A DNA stretch of 64,000 nucleotides from contig OY776568.1 of the NCBI GenBank assembly GCA_963675765.1, forward strand, positions 635,213 through 699,212. Reading direction: 5' to 3'. The notes beneath the pieces are model-generated. The model was given only the letters and a program-made list of their open reading frames with translations. It ran no database searches and was not told the origin of the DNA. This DNA is from Phycisphaerae bacterium (GTDB lineage: Bacteria > Planctomycetota > Phycisphaerae > UBA1845). Below, piece after piece: positions 9,331 through 19,341 of this stretch; positions within the stretch are counted from its first letter, which is position 1; each line of letters starts with the position of its first letter. Both the position numbers and the translations under genes were made by a program.

Positions 9331-10341
9331 CTAGGGCACTTGATACCATCGGTCGAGCAATCGGACAAGATCGTCGGTCGATTTCACGGAGTTCAGTTCC
9401 TCCCTCAACTGCTTGCGCTGCGGATGTAGCGCCGCATAGCGCATGGCTATCTTGCGCATGACCTGTACTGCCTTCTCAACACCGTGGATGGCAATCGTCT
9501 CTTCAAGGTGATCAACGATAACCGCCCTTTGCTCGAACAAGGCAGGGACCGGGGGCAAAGGTTCTCCGCTGACAAGTGCCAAGCAGGAACGGAAAATCCA
9601 AGGGTTTCCGAGAGCTCCGCGAGCAATCGCCACAGCGTCGACTCCGGTCGTCTCCAACATTCGTATGCAATCCTCTGCAGCAAAGAGGTCGCCGCTACCA
9701 ATCACCGTCGCACTGCCAGCGTACTCTTTGACTTGTTTTAGGAAATGCCAATCACTGGTTCCGGCATAGGCCTGCTCGACAGTTCGTGCGTGGAGCGTAA
9801 CGCCGGCGATGTTGAGAGCAAGCACACCGTCGAGTATCGCGAAGAAATTCGCCCGACTTTGGGTTGATGCATCGAAGCCGCGTCGCAATTTCACCGTCAC
9901 AGGTACACTGCCGTCCACGGCATCCAGGACGGATCGAACAACGGCGAGAGCGGTGTCAGGGTATTGCAGCAATGCACCGCCATGTCCACGGCGTAGGATC
10001 TTGCGAGCGGGACAGCCGAAGTTGATGTCTATGGCATCGTAGCCTCCACAAACCAGTCTCGCTGTAGCAGCAGCAACAGACTCCGGATTCGCTCCCATGA
10101 CCTGTGCGGCCAGCGGATGATCGTCATTCTGAACAGACAGAATCTGCTGCTGCCACCGACTGCGATGAATGACCGACGTATCAAGCATGACCTCGGCCAC
10201 GGCGTACGACGCGCCGTGGCGCCGAGACAACCGCCGCATGGGCAAATCACTGTAGCCGCTGAGAGCCGCCAGCGTGAACGGATGATCTAGATGGAGATTT
10301 CCTAACCGGATCAAGAACGCGTTCCAGAACACAATCCACAA
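9331..10341 (-). CDS. dus: tRNA-dihydrouridine synthase
   Basis: Motifs LAALSGYSDLPMRRL, DAIDINFGCPARKI and AVTVKLRRG give a TIM-barrel Dus signature. Confidence 0.85.
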   Translation of the reverse strand: MWIVFWNAFLIRLGNLHLDHPFTLAALSGYSDLPMRRLSRRHGASYAVAEVMLDTSVIHRSRWQQQILSVQNDDHPLAAQVMGANPESVAAATARLVCGGYDAIDINFGCPARKILRRGHGGALLQYPDTALAVVRSVLDAVDGSVPVTVKLRRGFDASTQSRANFFAILDGVLALNIAGVTLHARTVEQAYAGTSDWHFLKQVKEYAGSATVIGSGDLFAAEDCIRMLETTGVDAVAIARGALGNPWIFRSCLALVSGEPLPPVPALFEQRAVIVDHLEETIAIHGVEKAVQVMRKIAMRYAALHPQRKQLREELNSVKSTDDLVRLLDRWYQVP

Positions 10342-10416
10342 GTATCAGCCGCAAGGAAGACCGTGGCGATTACCAAACCTGTTTACCTGATCTCCGCAGG
10401 AGAGACAACAGGTAAA

Positions 10417-11853
10417 TCAGTAGGCGATCTCACTCATTGACGGCGTAATGAAGGGGAACTCAAGAACGAAGGAAGCGCCCTTTCCGGGACCGTCGCTGTG
10501 AACAGTGAGCATTCCACCGATTTCTCTGGCAGCACAGGCGCTGACATGCAACCCAAACCCACGACCATCTTCACGCGTGGTGAATCCATGCGAAAAGACC
10601 TTAACGAGGTTTTCCGGAGGTATTCCGACGCCGTTGTCATTCACTTCGATGTGAACCTGGCTGTTTGCTTCCAGCGTCAGAACGATCTCCAGCAAGCCAT
10701 CATCCCGCGTGGAAGCGGCCAATGCGTGCCGCGCATTGCTGAGCAGGTTGACAAGTATCTGGATTATCTTGTGTCGATCGGCCACCAAGGGCGGCACATC
10801 TCCGTACTTACGAACGATTTCGACTTTGTGCTTGTCCACTGAAGTGATGTTCATCTGGACAGCGTCTTCAAGCAGAGAAGGAAGTGAGTGAATAACCTCA
10901 GTCACGCCCACTCGTCCGGCGTAACTCTGTTGCATGTAAATGACCTTCTTGATGTGTTCGATATTGCGATCCAGGGATTCCAGCTCCTGCAACATGTTGT
11001 TTTGCTCCAAGGCCAACTGAGTGGAGAGTTCTGAAAGGAATGGAACGAGATGCTTACCCTGAGGATGCTCCGTAACAAAGTGGCCCAAATCGCCCTCGTG
11101 CTCCTTCACGAGTTCGACTGCCTTGCCAAGCTTCTCGATCTTGGAGTGCGTCAGTTGATCGTTGATCAAGGAAGTCGAGATGTTAACACTGTTGAGTACA
11201 TTGCCCACATTGTGGAGTATCCCGGTCGCGATTTCGGACATACCAGCCCTATGAGAGACTTCGAGAAGCTCCTGGTGCACTGCCTTGAGTTCAGAAGTTC
11301 GCTCGGATACTAGACCTTCAAGATCCTCCTTGTATCTGGTCAATTCCTTCTCCACGACCTTCCGCTCTTCGATCTCTGCAGCCAGAGCTTCGTTTGCCCG
11401 CTGCAAGTCCTCGGTTCTCTCTGCGACCTGCTCCTCCAGCCCCACCTGATATCTTCTGTTTTCCTGAACGAGTCTGGCTCTATCCAGAGCCATAGTTGTC
11501 ACATGCCCGAGAACCGCCATGTCCAGAATCGGCTTCGTAATGTAATCCCACGCCCCAGCCCGCACGGCCTCTATGGCATCATTCAGCACGCCAGTACCGG
11601 AAACAACTATCACAGGCGTGTCAGGCGCTTCCCTCGCAATCGTTGTGATAACTTCCAATCCACTCACACTAGGCATACGCAAATCGGTAAGAACAATGTC
11701 GGGATGACGAGAACGGAAAACCTCTATACCTTCAGTGCCGTTTTCTGCTTCCAACACTTCATAGCCCAAATCTGAGAAGTACGCCACGAGCGTCTGCCGA
11801 ATGTGCAGCTCATCCTCCACAGTCAGAACAGTCAAATGGTTTTCCATCATCAT
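10417..11853 (-). CDS. Hybrid sensor histidine kinase with N-terminal receiver (REC-coiled coil-HisKA-HATPase)
   Basis: REC motif VLTDLRMPSVSG with the phospho-Asp context. A long coiled coil follows. H-box ATGILHNVGNVLNS. HATPase G-boxes VNDNGVGIP and GRGFGL. Confidence 0.8.
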   Translation of the reverse strand: MMMENHLTVLTVEDELHIRQTLVAYFSDLGYEVLEAENGTEGIEVFRSRHPDIVLTDLRMPSVSGLEVITTIAREAPDTPVIVVSGTGVLNDAIEAVRAGAWDYITKPILDMAVLGHVTTMALDRARLVQENRRYQVGLEEQVAERTEDLQRANEALAAEIEERKVVEKELTRYKEDLEGLVSERTSELKAVHQELLEVSHRAGMSEIATGILHNVGNVLNSVNISTSLINDQLTHSKIEKLGKAVELVKEHEGDLGHFVTEHPQGKHLVPFLSELSTQLALEQNNMLQELESLDRNIEHIKKVIYMQQSYAGRVGVTEVIHSLPSLLEDAVQMNITSVDKHKVEIVRKYGDVPPLVADRHKIIQILVNLLSNARHALAASTRDDGLLEIVLTLEANSQVHIEVNDNGVGIPPENLVKVFSHGFTTREDGRGFGLHVSACAAREIGGMLTVHSDGPGKGASFVLEFPFITPSMSEIAY

Positions 11854-11928
11854 ACTTCAACACAACCAAAGCACGACTGAGCACGTGCCTGCACGAGCAA
11901 TGCGCCAATGAAAAGAAACTCTGTGTTG

Positions 11929-12309
11929 TCAACTACTCATTAGACGGTGAATACCTTGAACCAGAGCACTCATGTCCATTATCGGTTTGCGAAAGATCTG
12001 ATCTTCGTTGCTGACAACGCCACGGAGATTGCTTGGGACCTGATAACTAGCAGATCCGGTGTGAATTAGAAACTTCATGTCGGGGCAGAACCTTCTCGCT
12101 GCGCGTATAACACCATTGCCGTCAATCCCCGGCAAACGCATGTCTATAACGCCCACATCCGCCTGCCGTTTAGCTAGGATTGCCAATGCCTCCTCTCCAT
12201 CGCCGGCAGCAAGCACTGCGAACCCCTCATCCTCCAGATAGGCACACAGATTGAGACGCACAGCCGCCTCGTCATCCACGACAAGAACTGTCTTGCGATC
12301 CGTCCTCAT
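11929..12309 (-). CDS. Single-domain response regulator receiver (CheY-like)
   Basis: VLVVDDEAAVR ... DVGVIDMRLPGIDG ... KFLIHTGSAS. Confidence 0.8.
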   Translation of the reverse strand: MRTDRKTVLVVDDEAAVRLNLCAYLEDEGFAVLAAGDGEEALAILAKRQADVGVIDMRLPGIDGNGVIRAARRFCPDMKFLIHTGSASYQVPSNLRGVVSNEDQIFRKPIMDMSALVQGIHRLMSS

Positions 12310-12882
12310 GCCTCATCCTCTCGCCGATACGGACGACCGACCCCGGCACCGCAGCCTCCAGCAGCACCGTGAAGGACCACGCAGATAGCGCGGGCTACTT
12401 AGCCCTCCTTATACAGTACTCAATGTTCCGGTACCGTTCCATAGCATGCGTCACATGTAGTCAACAATAGTGTGAATTCCTACCGAAAGAAATACTCCCT
12501 GGAAGGATGCCCTCCTGCCGGCTCGCTGGAATCGTACGCGGAGCCGCAGTTCAGGCCAAACAATCGGCTTCATCGAAGTTGAAAAGGATCCCAGAAGCAG
12601 TTGCTCTCTCAGAGACTGGCGCCGCTCGGCAAGGCAAGCTGACAACCTTCCTCCACCATCTGATGGCAAACGTGGAGTGCCGCAACCAAGACTGCCCCAT
12701 GATATCATTCCTCGTCCCATCCAAATGGCAGTGACCACTCAAGAGCTGTGAAGCAATCCCCCGACACTGCACCACATCAATGAGATCCGAGTGGCGAGAA
12801 AGAACTCCTCCAGGTAGATAAGGGAATACGTGCCGCGCACGCGAATGCGCCGACCTAGGGATGCCAAATCGAAGGAGTTCAT

Positions 12883-13659
12883 TCACGAAAGGGTAAAAAA
12901 CTCTCTTGCATTCCTCGTTGTTCGTTCAGCAAGCAACTCGATGCTGGTTTTGTGAAGGGCCGCCAGGAACTTCGCCGTGTAGATCAGGTTCGCCGGTTCA
13001 TTGGGCCGAACATGCCGAACCGGCACAGGAGAAAGGTAGGGCGCATCCGTCTCGAGCATCATGCGGTCAAGAGGATATTGGCGAGCGATGTCCAGGAGAG
13101 TTGTGGCATTCTTAAAAGTCACCATTCCGGTGAAGGAAAGCTGCCAGCCGTTTTCAGTGACACGATGGGCTTCCGTGGCGGAACCGGAGAAGCAGTGAAT
13201 AACAACGCGGCGTCGTGAAAAACCATACCGACAAAGGAGCTCTATGGCGTCGTCGAATGCCTCACGACAGTGGACAACCAGAGGCACATCAAGTCCTTGA
13301 GCGACTTCCAATTGGGCAGAGAAGACACGTTTCTGCGAATCTCGGTCGGAGAAGTCGTAGTAGTAGTCGAGCCCAATCTCTCCGATGGCAACGACTTGAG
13401 GCTGGGAAAGAAGCCTGGCTATCTCGTCGACATCAGCAGCGGAGGCTTTTGCCGCCTCATGCGGATGAATTCCGGCAGTAGCGGACACAGCCGAATATCG
13501 GCGTGCGATCTCCCAAGCGGCGATAGCATCGGAGCGATCCCCGGCCACGGTAATAACGTGGCAAACGCCTGCTTGGGCTGCATTATCGAGAACCTCATCG
13601 AGTCGCTCGGCAAGACCTTTACTAGTGAGATGGGCATGAGAATCGATCAAGTTCATCAC
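12883..13659 (-). CDS. tatD: TatD-family metal-dependent hydrolase/DNase
   Basis: MNLIDSHAHL ... IGEIGLDYYY ... VVHCREA ... HCFSG. Confidence 0.85.
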   Translation of the reverse strand: MMNLIDSHAHLTSKGLAERLDEVLDNAAQAGVCHVITVAGDRSDAIAAWEIARRYSAVSATAGIHPHEAAKASAADVDEIARLLSQPQVVAIGEIGLDYYYDFSDRDSQKRVFSAQLEVAQGLDVPLVVHCREAFDDAIELLCRYGFSRRRVVIHCFSGSATEAHRVTENGWQLSFTGMVTFKNATTLLDIARQYPLDRMMLETDAPYLSPVPVRHVRPNEPANLIYTAKFLAALHKTSIELLAERTTRNAREFFTLS

Positions 13660-13698
13660 TGACGAGCACCTCGGAGATTGCAGCTGCCTATCGGCATA

Positions 13699-14085
13699 CT
13701 ATCGCCTGCAAGGCTGGAAAGCATCCTTGAAGTGCGTAATAAGGGGTCTTGCCCTTCGGCCCGGCGGCACAACAATGGCAAGGATATCGAAGCGGGCAGG
13801 AATATGCTGGGCCTGCATACGAGCAAGGAAGAACTTGGCAACGCGAACAACTTGGCGTCGTTTGAGTAAGCCAACAGCGTCCTCAGGATGGGACGCCGTA
13901 TCGTCACTTCTTGTTTTCACTTCGACGAAAACCAGCGTGTCTCCGTCTGCGGCGATAATATCGATTTCCCCGGCGAGGCAATGGTAGTTCTGCTTGAGTA
14001 TTCGGTAGCCAAGCCGCTTGAGAAACTTGGCTGCGAGCTTCTCACCATAAGGTCCCAATTCGCGGGCGGCGCATCCGAAGACCAT
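13699..14085 (-). CDS. yraN: YraN-family (UPF0102) endonuclease
   Basis: GEIDIIAADGDTLVFVEVKTR core. Confidence 0.8.
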   Translation of the reverse strand: MVFGCAARELGPYGEKLAAKFLKRLGYRILKQNYHCLAGEIDIIAADGDTLVFVEVKTRSDDTASHPEDAVGLLKRRQVVRVAKFFLARMQAQHIPARFDILAIVVPPGRRARPLITHFKDAFQPCRR

Positions 14086-14117
14086 GGCAACGTCCTCTAA
14101 CTTGCCGCAAACCGAGG

Positions 14118-14564
14118 CTACTCGCCTGCTGCCACCGGTTCGACGTTAGGCTCATTCTGTGGAGCAGGCTCACTCGGCGGCGCGGAGCGCTCGGCGGCTT
14201 TCACCTTTGCCCGGCTGCGGCGCACCTCGCGAAGGCGACGAGCCTTACCAACACGATCGCGAAGGAAGTAGAGCTTTGCGCGGCGAGTTTTGCCGTGACG
14301 TTTTACCTCAACCTTGACGATGAGAGGCGAATGGAGCATGAAGATCCTCTCGACCCCCTCGTTGTTCACAATGCGCCGAACCGTGAAGCTTTCACTTATA
14401 CCGGATCCCTTTCGGGCAATGACAACGCCGTTGTAGATCTGAACGCGCGAGCGATTGCCCTCAACAATCTTCTGATGGACATCAACGGTATCACCGACCC
14501 TGATCGTGGGAACAGTGGACTTCATGTATCTCTTTTCGACTTGATCGATGATCTGTTGACTCAT
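14118..14564 (-). CDS. rplS: Ribosomal protein L19 with ~45-aa basic/Pro-rich C-terminal extension
   Basis: MSQQIIDQVEKRYMK...IRVGDTVDVH...RVQIYNGVVIARKGSGISESFTVRRI matches L19. The ATG at 14562-14564 (minus strand) is preferred over the upstream track start. Confidence 0.85.
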   Translation of the reverse strand: MSQQIIDQVEKRYMKSTVPTIRVGDTVDVHQKIVEGNRSRVQIYNGVVIARKGSGISESFTVRRIVNNEGVERIFMLHSPLIVKVEVKRHGKTRRAKLYFLRDRVGKARRLREVRRSRAKVKAAERSAPPSEPAPQNEPNVEPVAAGE

Positions 14565-14665
14565 AGCACTCGACTCCGAACTACCGGCCTGCGTCGCGAA
14601 ATCGCCGAGGCCAATTATACCTTCCTGCACCAAATAGGAGGGGATTCCTGCGTCCCCGTGTCCAC

Positions 14666-15358
14666 CTATGCGTCATTCCGCGTATCGAGCAAGTCGGGCC
14701 TTCGTCGGCGAGTGCGCTGCAAAGATTTCTCCCGCCGCCACTGGTCAACCTTCTCGTGATGGCCAGACAGAAGTATCTCAGGCACCTGCATACCGCGGAA
14801 GTCGCGTGGACGGGTATACTGAGGATACTCCAGCAAGCCTTGCGCAAACGACTCGTCTTCGGGCGACTGTTCATGCCCCAGCGCCCCCGGAAGAAGGCGA
14901 ACGACGGCATCAATCAGGACATTGGCAGCCGCTTCGCCACCGGAGAGGACATAGTCCCCTATAGATATCTCGCGGGGTTTCAGCCCCTCGCGAATACGCT
15001 CATCAAAACCCTCGTAGTGCCCGCAAAGCAACATTATCCTCGGGCATACGGCAAGCTGCTGTACGATACTCTGGTTCAAGCGTTCACCCTGCGGTGTGAG
15101 CATGACCAGTTGAGCCGAAGCAGCATGTAAGGCCCCCACACGTTCTACAGCCTCGAAGACGGGCCCACACATGAGAACCATTCCGGGCCCGCCGCCGAAT
15201 GGGCGGTCGTCCACAGTCCGATGCCGATCATGGGCAAAGTCCCGGATATTGGTAAAGGCAATATCGACAATTCCAGCATCAACCGCCCGCCCGACAATGC
15301 TGCTTTTGACAAAGCCATCAAAAGCGTCCGGGAACAGGGTAAGGACATCGATCCTCAT
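14666..15358 (-). CDS. trmD: tRNA (guanine37-N1)-methyltransferase
   Basis: [13 protein letters not shown] ... [20 protein letters not shown] ... [11 protein letters not shown]. Confidence 0.9.
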   Translation of the reverse strand: MRIDVLTLFPDAFDGFVKSSIVGRAVDAGIVDIAFTNIRDFAHDRHRTVDDRPFGGGPGMVLMCGPVFEAVERVGALHAASAQLVMLTPQGERLNQSIVQQLAVCPRIMLLCGHYEGFDERIREGLKPREISIGDYVLSGGEAAANVLIDAVVRLLPGALGHEQSPEDESFAQGLLEYPQYTRPRDFRGMQVPEILLSGHHEKVDQWRREKSLQRTRRRRPDLLDTRNDA

Positions 15359-15396
15359 AGCCGATAGCGCTTCACCGCAGAAGCAAGCAGCGTTCG

Positions 15397-15660
15397 CTAC
15401 TTGCTCTTCACTTCCAAGCCACTACGCTTGAGCAGTGCACGGACAGTATCGGATGGCTGAGCGCCGACGCTAAGCCAATACTCGGCTCGTTCCTTGTTGA
15501 CCTTCAGGCCAAGCGCCTCATCTTTCGCCAGCGGGTCATAGAATCCGAGTTCCTCAATAACGCTTCCATTTCGTCGGGTGCGTGAGTCGACGGCAGCCAA
15601 TCTATAGAATGGCCGATGCCGGCGTCCCAACCTTGATAATCTTAGCCTGACCGCCACTAC
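15397..15660 (-). CDS. rpsP: Ribosomal protein S16 (probable GTG start)
   Basis: [43 protein letters not shown] matches S16. The upstream part of the track ORF has no similarity. Confidence 0.8.
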   Translation of the reverse strand, partial: VVAVRLRLSRLGRRHRPFYRLAAVDSRTRRNGSVIEELGFYDPLAKDEALGLKVNKERAEYWLSVGAQPSDTVRALLKRSGLEVKSK

Positions 15661-16014
15661 ATAAGCTCCTGTGGTTAAACATCTTCCAGAACATCGGTCC
15701 GGAATCAGCATAGAACAGTGGAGTATATCATCTTCTTTTCGCTGAACAAGGCAACAAAACGGCTGTTGGCAGAATGGAAAACTGGTGAGGCGGACAAACG
15801 AGGACAGGAAGGAAGCAAGGCTATTGTCATCCATAAACAGTTGTCGTTGTTTGTGTTAGAGACGGGTCGTTCCAGAAGCCAACGGGGCAAATGCAGATAT
15901 GGCATGCGGCGGGAGAGTTCGTTGCCTATAATCGGCGGCATTCCTGGAAGTCGATTCGCGCGAATTCAGCATGAACGACGCGCATGACCTTCTCCAAGGA
16001 GATTTCCTTTCTGG

Positions 16015-16914
16015 TTGTGCCCGAGCAAACGCAAAGGAGGACAAGTGACCAAGTGTTTCTTCGTATCCGATCTGCATGGCCGTGTCAGTCGCTACGAAAC
16101 GCTACTGCATCGAATCCGGATAGATGGTCCTGAAGTGGTCTTCGTCGGAGGAGACCTTCTACCCCCTTTCGGCCTAGGGGCCGGAAGCGAAGAGGATGGT
16201 GAGGTTAACGCCGGAGGGTTCGTCCCGTCGTATTTGCATCCGCAACTGTCCAAACTTCGTGCGGAACTCGGGGCGAATTATCCCCGAATATTGGTGATTA
16301 TGGGGAACGACGATTCGCGGGCAGAGGAATTCGCCATCGAGCAGGCGGCTGATGCTGGATTGCTCGAGTACATCCATAAGAAGCGGGTAGCAATTGGGGA
16401 GCATTTCGCAAGCGGATACAGCTACATTCCGCCCACGCCATTTGCCCTCAAGGATTGGGAAAAATACGATGTATCACGCTTCATAGATCCAGGCTGCATA
16501 TCTCCGGAAGCAGGAACCAGGACACTGCCCACAGATCTTCGATCCATTCGCTTCTCAACAATCGCTGACGATTTGAGGTCGCTGAAAGCGAATTCGATGG
16601 AGCGTGAGGTGTTTCTTTTTCACGCACCGCCCTACCGAACGGCGTTGGACAGAGCGGCACTCGACGGCCACAGCATCGATCACGTTCCACTGGATGTACA
16701 CGTAGGAAGCATCGCAATAAGCAGGTTCATCACTGAATCACAGCCCCACCTGACCATGCACGGTCATGTGCACGAGTCAGCAAGCATCACGGGAGAATGG
16801 CAAGATCGGCTGGGGCGAACAGTATGTCTTTCCGGCGCTCATGACGGCCCGGAACTGTCGCTAGTGCGTTTTGATCTTGAGGATCCGAGCAAAGCAACAC
16901 GAGAGCTGATCTGA
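16015..16914 (+). CDS. Calcineurin-like metallophosphoesterase
   Basis: CFFVSDLHGR ... VFVGGDLL ... MGNDD ... HAPP ... MHGHVHE metallophosphatase motifs. Confidence 0.7.
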   Translation: MCPSKRKGGQVTKCFFVSDLHGRVSRYETLLHRIRIDGPEVVFVGGDLLPPFGLGAGSEEDGEVNAGGFVPSYLHPQLSKLRAELGANYPRILVIMGNDDSRAEEFAIEQAADAGLLEYIHKKRVAIGEHFASGYSYIPPTPFALKDWEKYDVSRFIDPGCISPEAGTRTLPTDLRSIRFSTIADDLRSLKANSMEREVFLFHAPPYRTALDRAALDGHSIDHVPLDVHVGSIAISRFITESQPHLTMHGHVHESASITGEWQDRLGRTVCLSGAHDGPELSLVRFDLEDPSKATRELI

Positions 16915-16915
16915 A

Positions 16916-17350
16916 TTAGCCAGCTGAAGCGTTGTTGCCCTGCATAGGCAGTGGCAAAGCTGCGTCGGTGACGGCGTCAATGCGATAGGCATGTCCTGCC
17001 CTAGCGCGGACGTCATCGTCAGTAACCAAATGGATGTCGAGTATGCCGTCAGTCCGGCAACCGGTACGATCCTGGTTTTGTTGATCGAGTCGCCGGCTCC
17101 AATCCCTGAGCCATTCAAGTAGCTCTGCCTTCTGCCGCTCGTTCGAACAGATGTGAAGCAGAAGATCAATATCACTCGCGGGGCCAGCGGTGGCGTTTTT
17201 CGCACTTCCGATGAGGTAACAGGCCCTCACACCAAACCGGCTAGCGTCAATCTGAGAGGCGATTAGCTCGGCCATGTTCTGCCGCCATCGCCAATGTTCA
17301 TCGCCAAGGCGGTTCGCATGATCACTGTGGACGTTTTCAGGCACTATCAA
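16916..17350 (-). CDS. Nucleotidyltransferase-domain protein (minimal NTase fold)
   Basis: GSAKNATAGPASDIDLLLH fits the GS...DhD NTase motif. Confidence 0.5.
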   Translation of the reverse strand: MIVPENVHSDHANRLGDEHWRWRQNMAELIASQIDASRFGVRACYLIGSAKNATAGPASDIDLLLHICSNERQKAELLEWLRDWSRRLDQQNQDRTGCRTDGILDIHLVTDDDVRARAGHAYRIDAVTDAALPLPMQGNNASAG

Positions 17351-17419
17351 CTTCCCAGATGAGAATTCACCGTCCGCATTCCTCCGTGGCTTTCGTCACA
17401 ACACCACACATACCGATGG

Positions 17420-18571
17420 CTAACGTTTTCGCAGAGGTTGCAGCGACAGAATGTAGTTGAGCCATCGACTACGGAGGTTATCGTCAATCGGGCCAAAAAC
17501 ATATTCAAACTGCATAACTTCCTGTTCGGGAGTATATCCACGGTCGGACGGTCGTCTGGCAAGCACGGTGAGGTAGACACTAAGATCATCTCGGCGATGG
17601 CGATGTAGATAGTACATCAGCGCCCAAGCTTGGGCATAGCATGCGTTCACGTTGGGGCGTCTCGTGTCAAAAACGCTCTTGTCGCCAATGAGCGTACGAA
17701 GAGATACCAGTCGATCAGCCTCCAGTGCCGCGGCAAAGTCCTCCGCTTTGGGGATTCTCTTCCGATTGCCAGCAAGGGCCTGCCGAAAATCAGCCAAACG
17801 CATCTGATTGATAATCCCCAAACCCGCACCCTCTCGTCCGGAGGGTGGCTCGAAAAGACAAGCTAAGCCTTCCACTACCCATGTAGGATTGTCCGCGCCG
17901 GGCTTATGAAGTCCGGAATTATAGAAGACTTGGTGGGCAACTTCATGTTGAACGACCATTTGATTAACCGAGGCAACAATCTGATCTCGCTTATTGCGAA
18001 GAAGCTGAAGCTGCTGGACAACGGCCCGGCGATCGAACGGGGTGCGGCCCATGATCTGTCGCTTTAGTGCTCGTTCGAGGCTCTCGATTCGCCTGTTGAC
18101 CACAACCATTTCAGGCATATCAGCAGTGTCATAGAAGGCTGACCTGTTCGTTCCCGGGTGATAGAACCCTGCGGCACCCGTCAGTGATGGACTGACACTG
18201 CGAGCATAGTTGCGAAATCCAGAAACCTTCGAGAAGAATAGAACCTGGAGGCGATTCTCAGCATGTGTGTAGCAAAACTCATGCACGGACAGAAAACGGT
18301 AGACAGAGGCGTAGGTTGCCTCTAGTCTCGAAATGAAGTCATCGACAACTTCGTCAGGCGTATCATAGGCAACAACAAAATGGGCTGTGCGACGAATAGC
18401 GAACTGAGGACCGGTTACTGAAATAAGCTCGTCCTGCACAGTTGGATCGATGGGGATTTTCTCCTGCTGAGCCAGACTTGGTGAAATCACCATGATGAAG
18501 GCCAAAACGACATATGGCAATCGAAGGAAGGCAATGTCACCGCGTTCGCCTATGCATAATGAACATCGCAT
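17420..18571 (-). CDS. Secreted putative zinc metallopeptidase (HExxH; DUF1570-like)
   Basis: Signal peptide LAFIMVISPSLAQQ. HEVAHQVFYNSG HExxH motif. Overall resemblance to planctomycete DUF1570 proteins. Confidence 0.45.
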   Translation of the reverse strand: MRCSLCIGERGDIAFLRLPYVVLAFIMVISPSLAQQEKIPIDPTVQDELISVTGPQFAIRRTAHFVVAYDTPDEVVDDFISRLEATYASVYRFLSVHEFCYTHAENRLQVLFFSKVSGFRNYARSVSPSLTGAAGFYHPGTNRSAFYDTADMPEMVVVNRRIESLERALKRQIMGRTPFDRRAVVQQLQLLRNKRDQIVASVNQMVVQHEVAHQVFYNSGLHKPGADNPTWVVEGLACLFEPPSGREGAGLGIINQMRLADFRQALAGNRKRIPKAEDFAAALEADRLVSLRTLIGDKSVFDTRRPNVNACYAQAWALMYYLHRHRRDDLSVYLTVLARRPSDRGYTPEQEVMQFEYVFGPIDDNLRSRWLNYILSLQPLRKR

Positions 18572-18575
18572 GCAG

Positions 18576-19286
18576 TCAGTCCTTCACCGATCCCCGGACA
18601 ACGCTCTCAGTCAGTGCAGGAGGCGTACCAATGCCGGCCACCACCGTCTTGCCCAGATACGGGTAAGCATCCTCCTGCCTAAACCCTCGCTTCGGTGCAA
18701 CGAATGTGATTGTAACGTCTGCCCGAACAGCTACATTGCCAATTGCACCAGTATCACAGTCCAGACCGGAAGGCACATCGATGCTGATTCTCGCTCTGCA
18801 ACTGGCCTCATTAATAAGGTAAATGGCAGTTGCCATAGGCTCACGAACCTGACCACGAAACCCAGTTCCCAAGAGAGCGTCAACAACCACGCAGTTGGAA
18901 CCAACGCCTGCAAAAGACTGTCGAAGCTGCTGTTTGTCACGCACAATGTCCGGACGCTGGCCCATTGCTAGGAGTATGTCGTGGTTGGTTCGGGCATCGG
19001 GAGTTAGCTTGGCCGGATCGCCGATAAGAACAGTGTGCACATCGCACCCGGCATTGTGGAGATGCCTGGCAATAACAAAGCCGTCGCCGCCATTGTTGCC
19101 CGGTCCACAGAATACGGTGACAACTGCGCTGCCATACTCCATGAAGATCCAGTCGGCCGCATTCTTGCCCGCGTTTTCCATGAGGACGATGGAGGGTATT
19201 TTCAGCCTGCTAACTGCAAGCCCATCAACTAGACGAACCTGTTCTCTGGTGAGAGTAGCCGTATCTCTGCTCATAGCATCAACCAT
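18576..19286 (-). CDS. NAD(P)H-hydrate epimerase (YjeF N-terminal domain only)
   Basis: MENAGKNAADWI ... VTVFCGPGNNGGDGFVIARHL. Confidence 0.8.
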   Translation of the reverse strand: MVDAMSRDTATLTREQVRLVDGLAVSRLKIPSIVLMENAGKNAADWIFMEYGSAVVTVFCGPGNNGGDGFVIARHLHNAGCDVHTVLIGDPAKLTPDARTNHDILLAMGQRPDIVRDKQQLRQSFAGVGSNCVVVDALLGTGFRGQVREPMATAIYLINEASCRARISIDVPSGLDCDTGAIGNVAVRADVTITFVAPKRGFRQEDAYPYLGKTVVAGIGTPPALTESVVRGSVKD

Positions 19287-19341
19287 AATATGGCCTACGG
19301 CCTCTCGTTGACACCCCTGGACCCACTTCTACAATCCTGGG

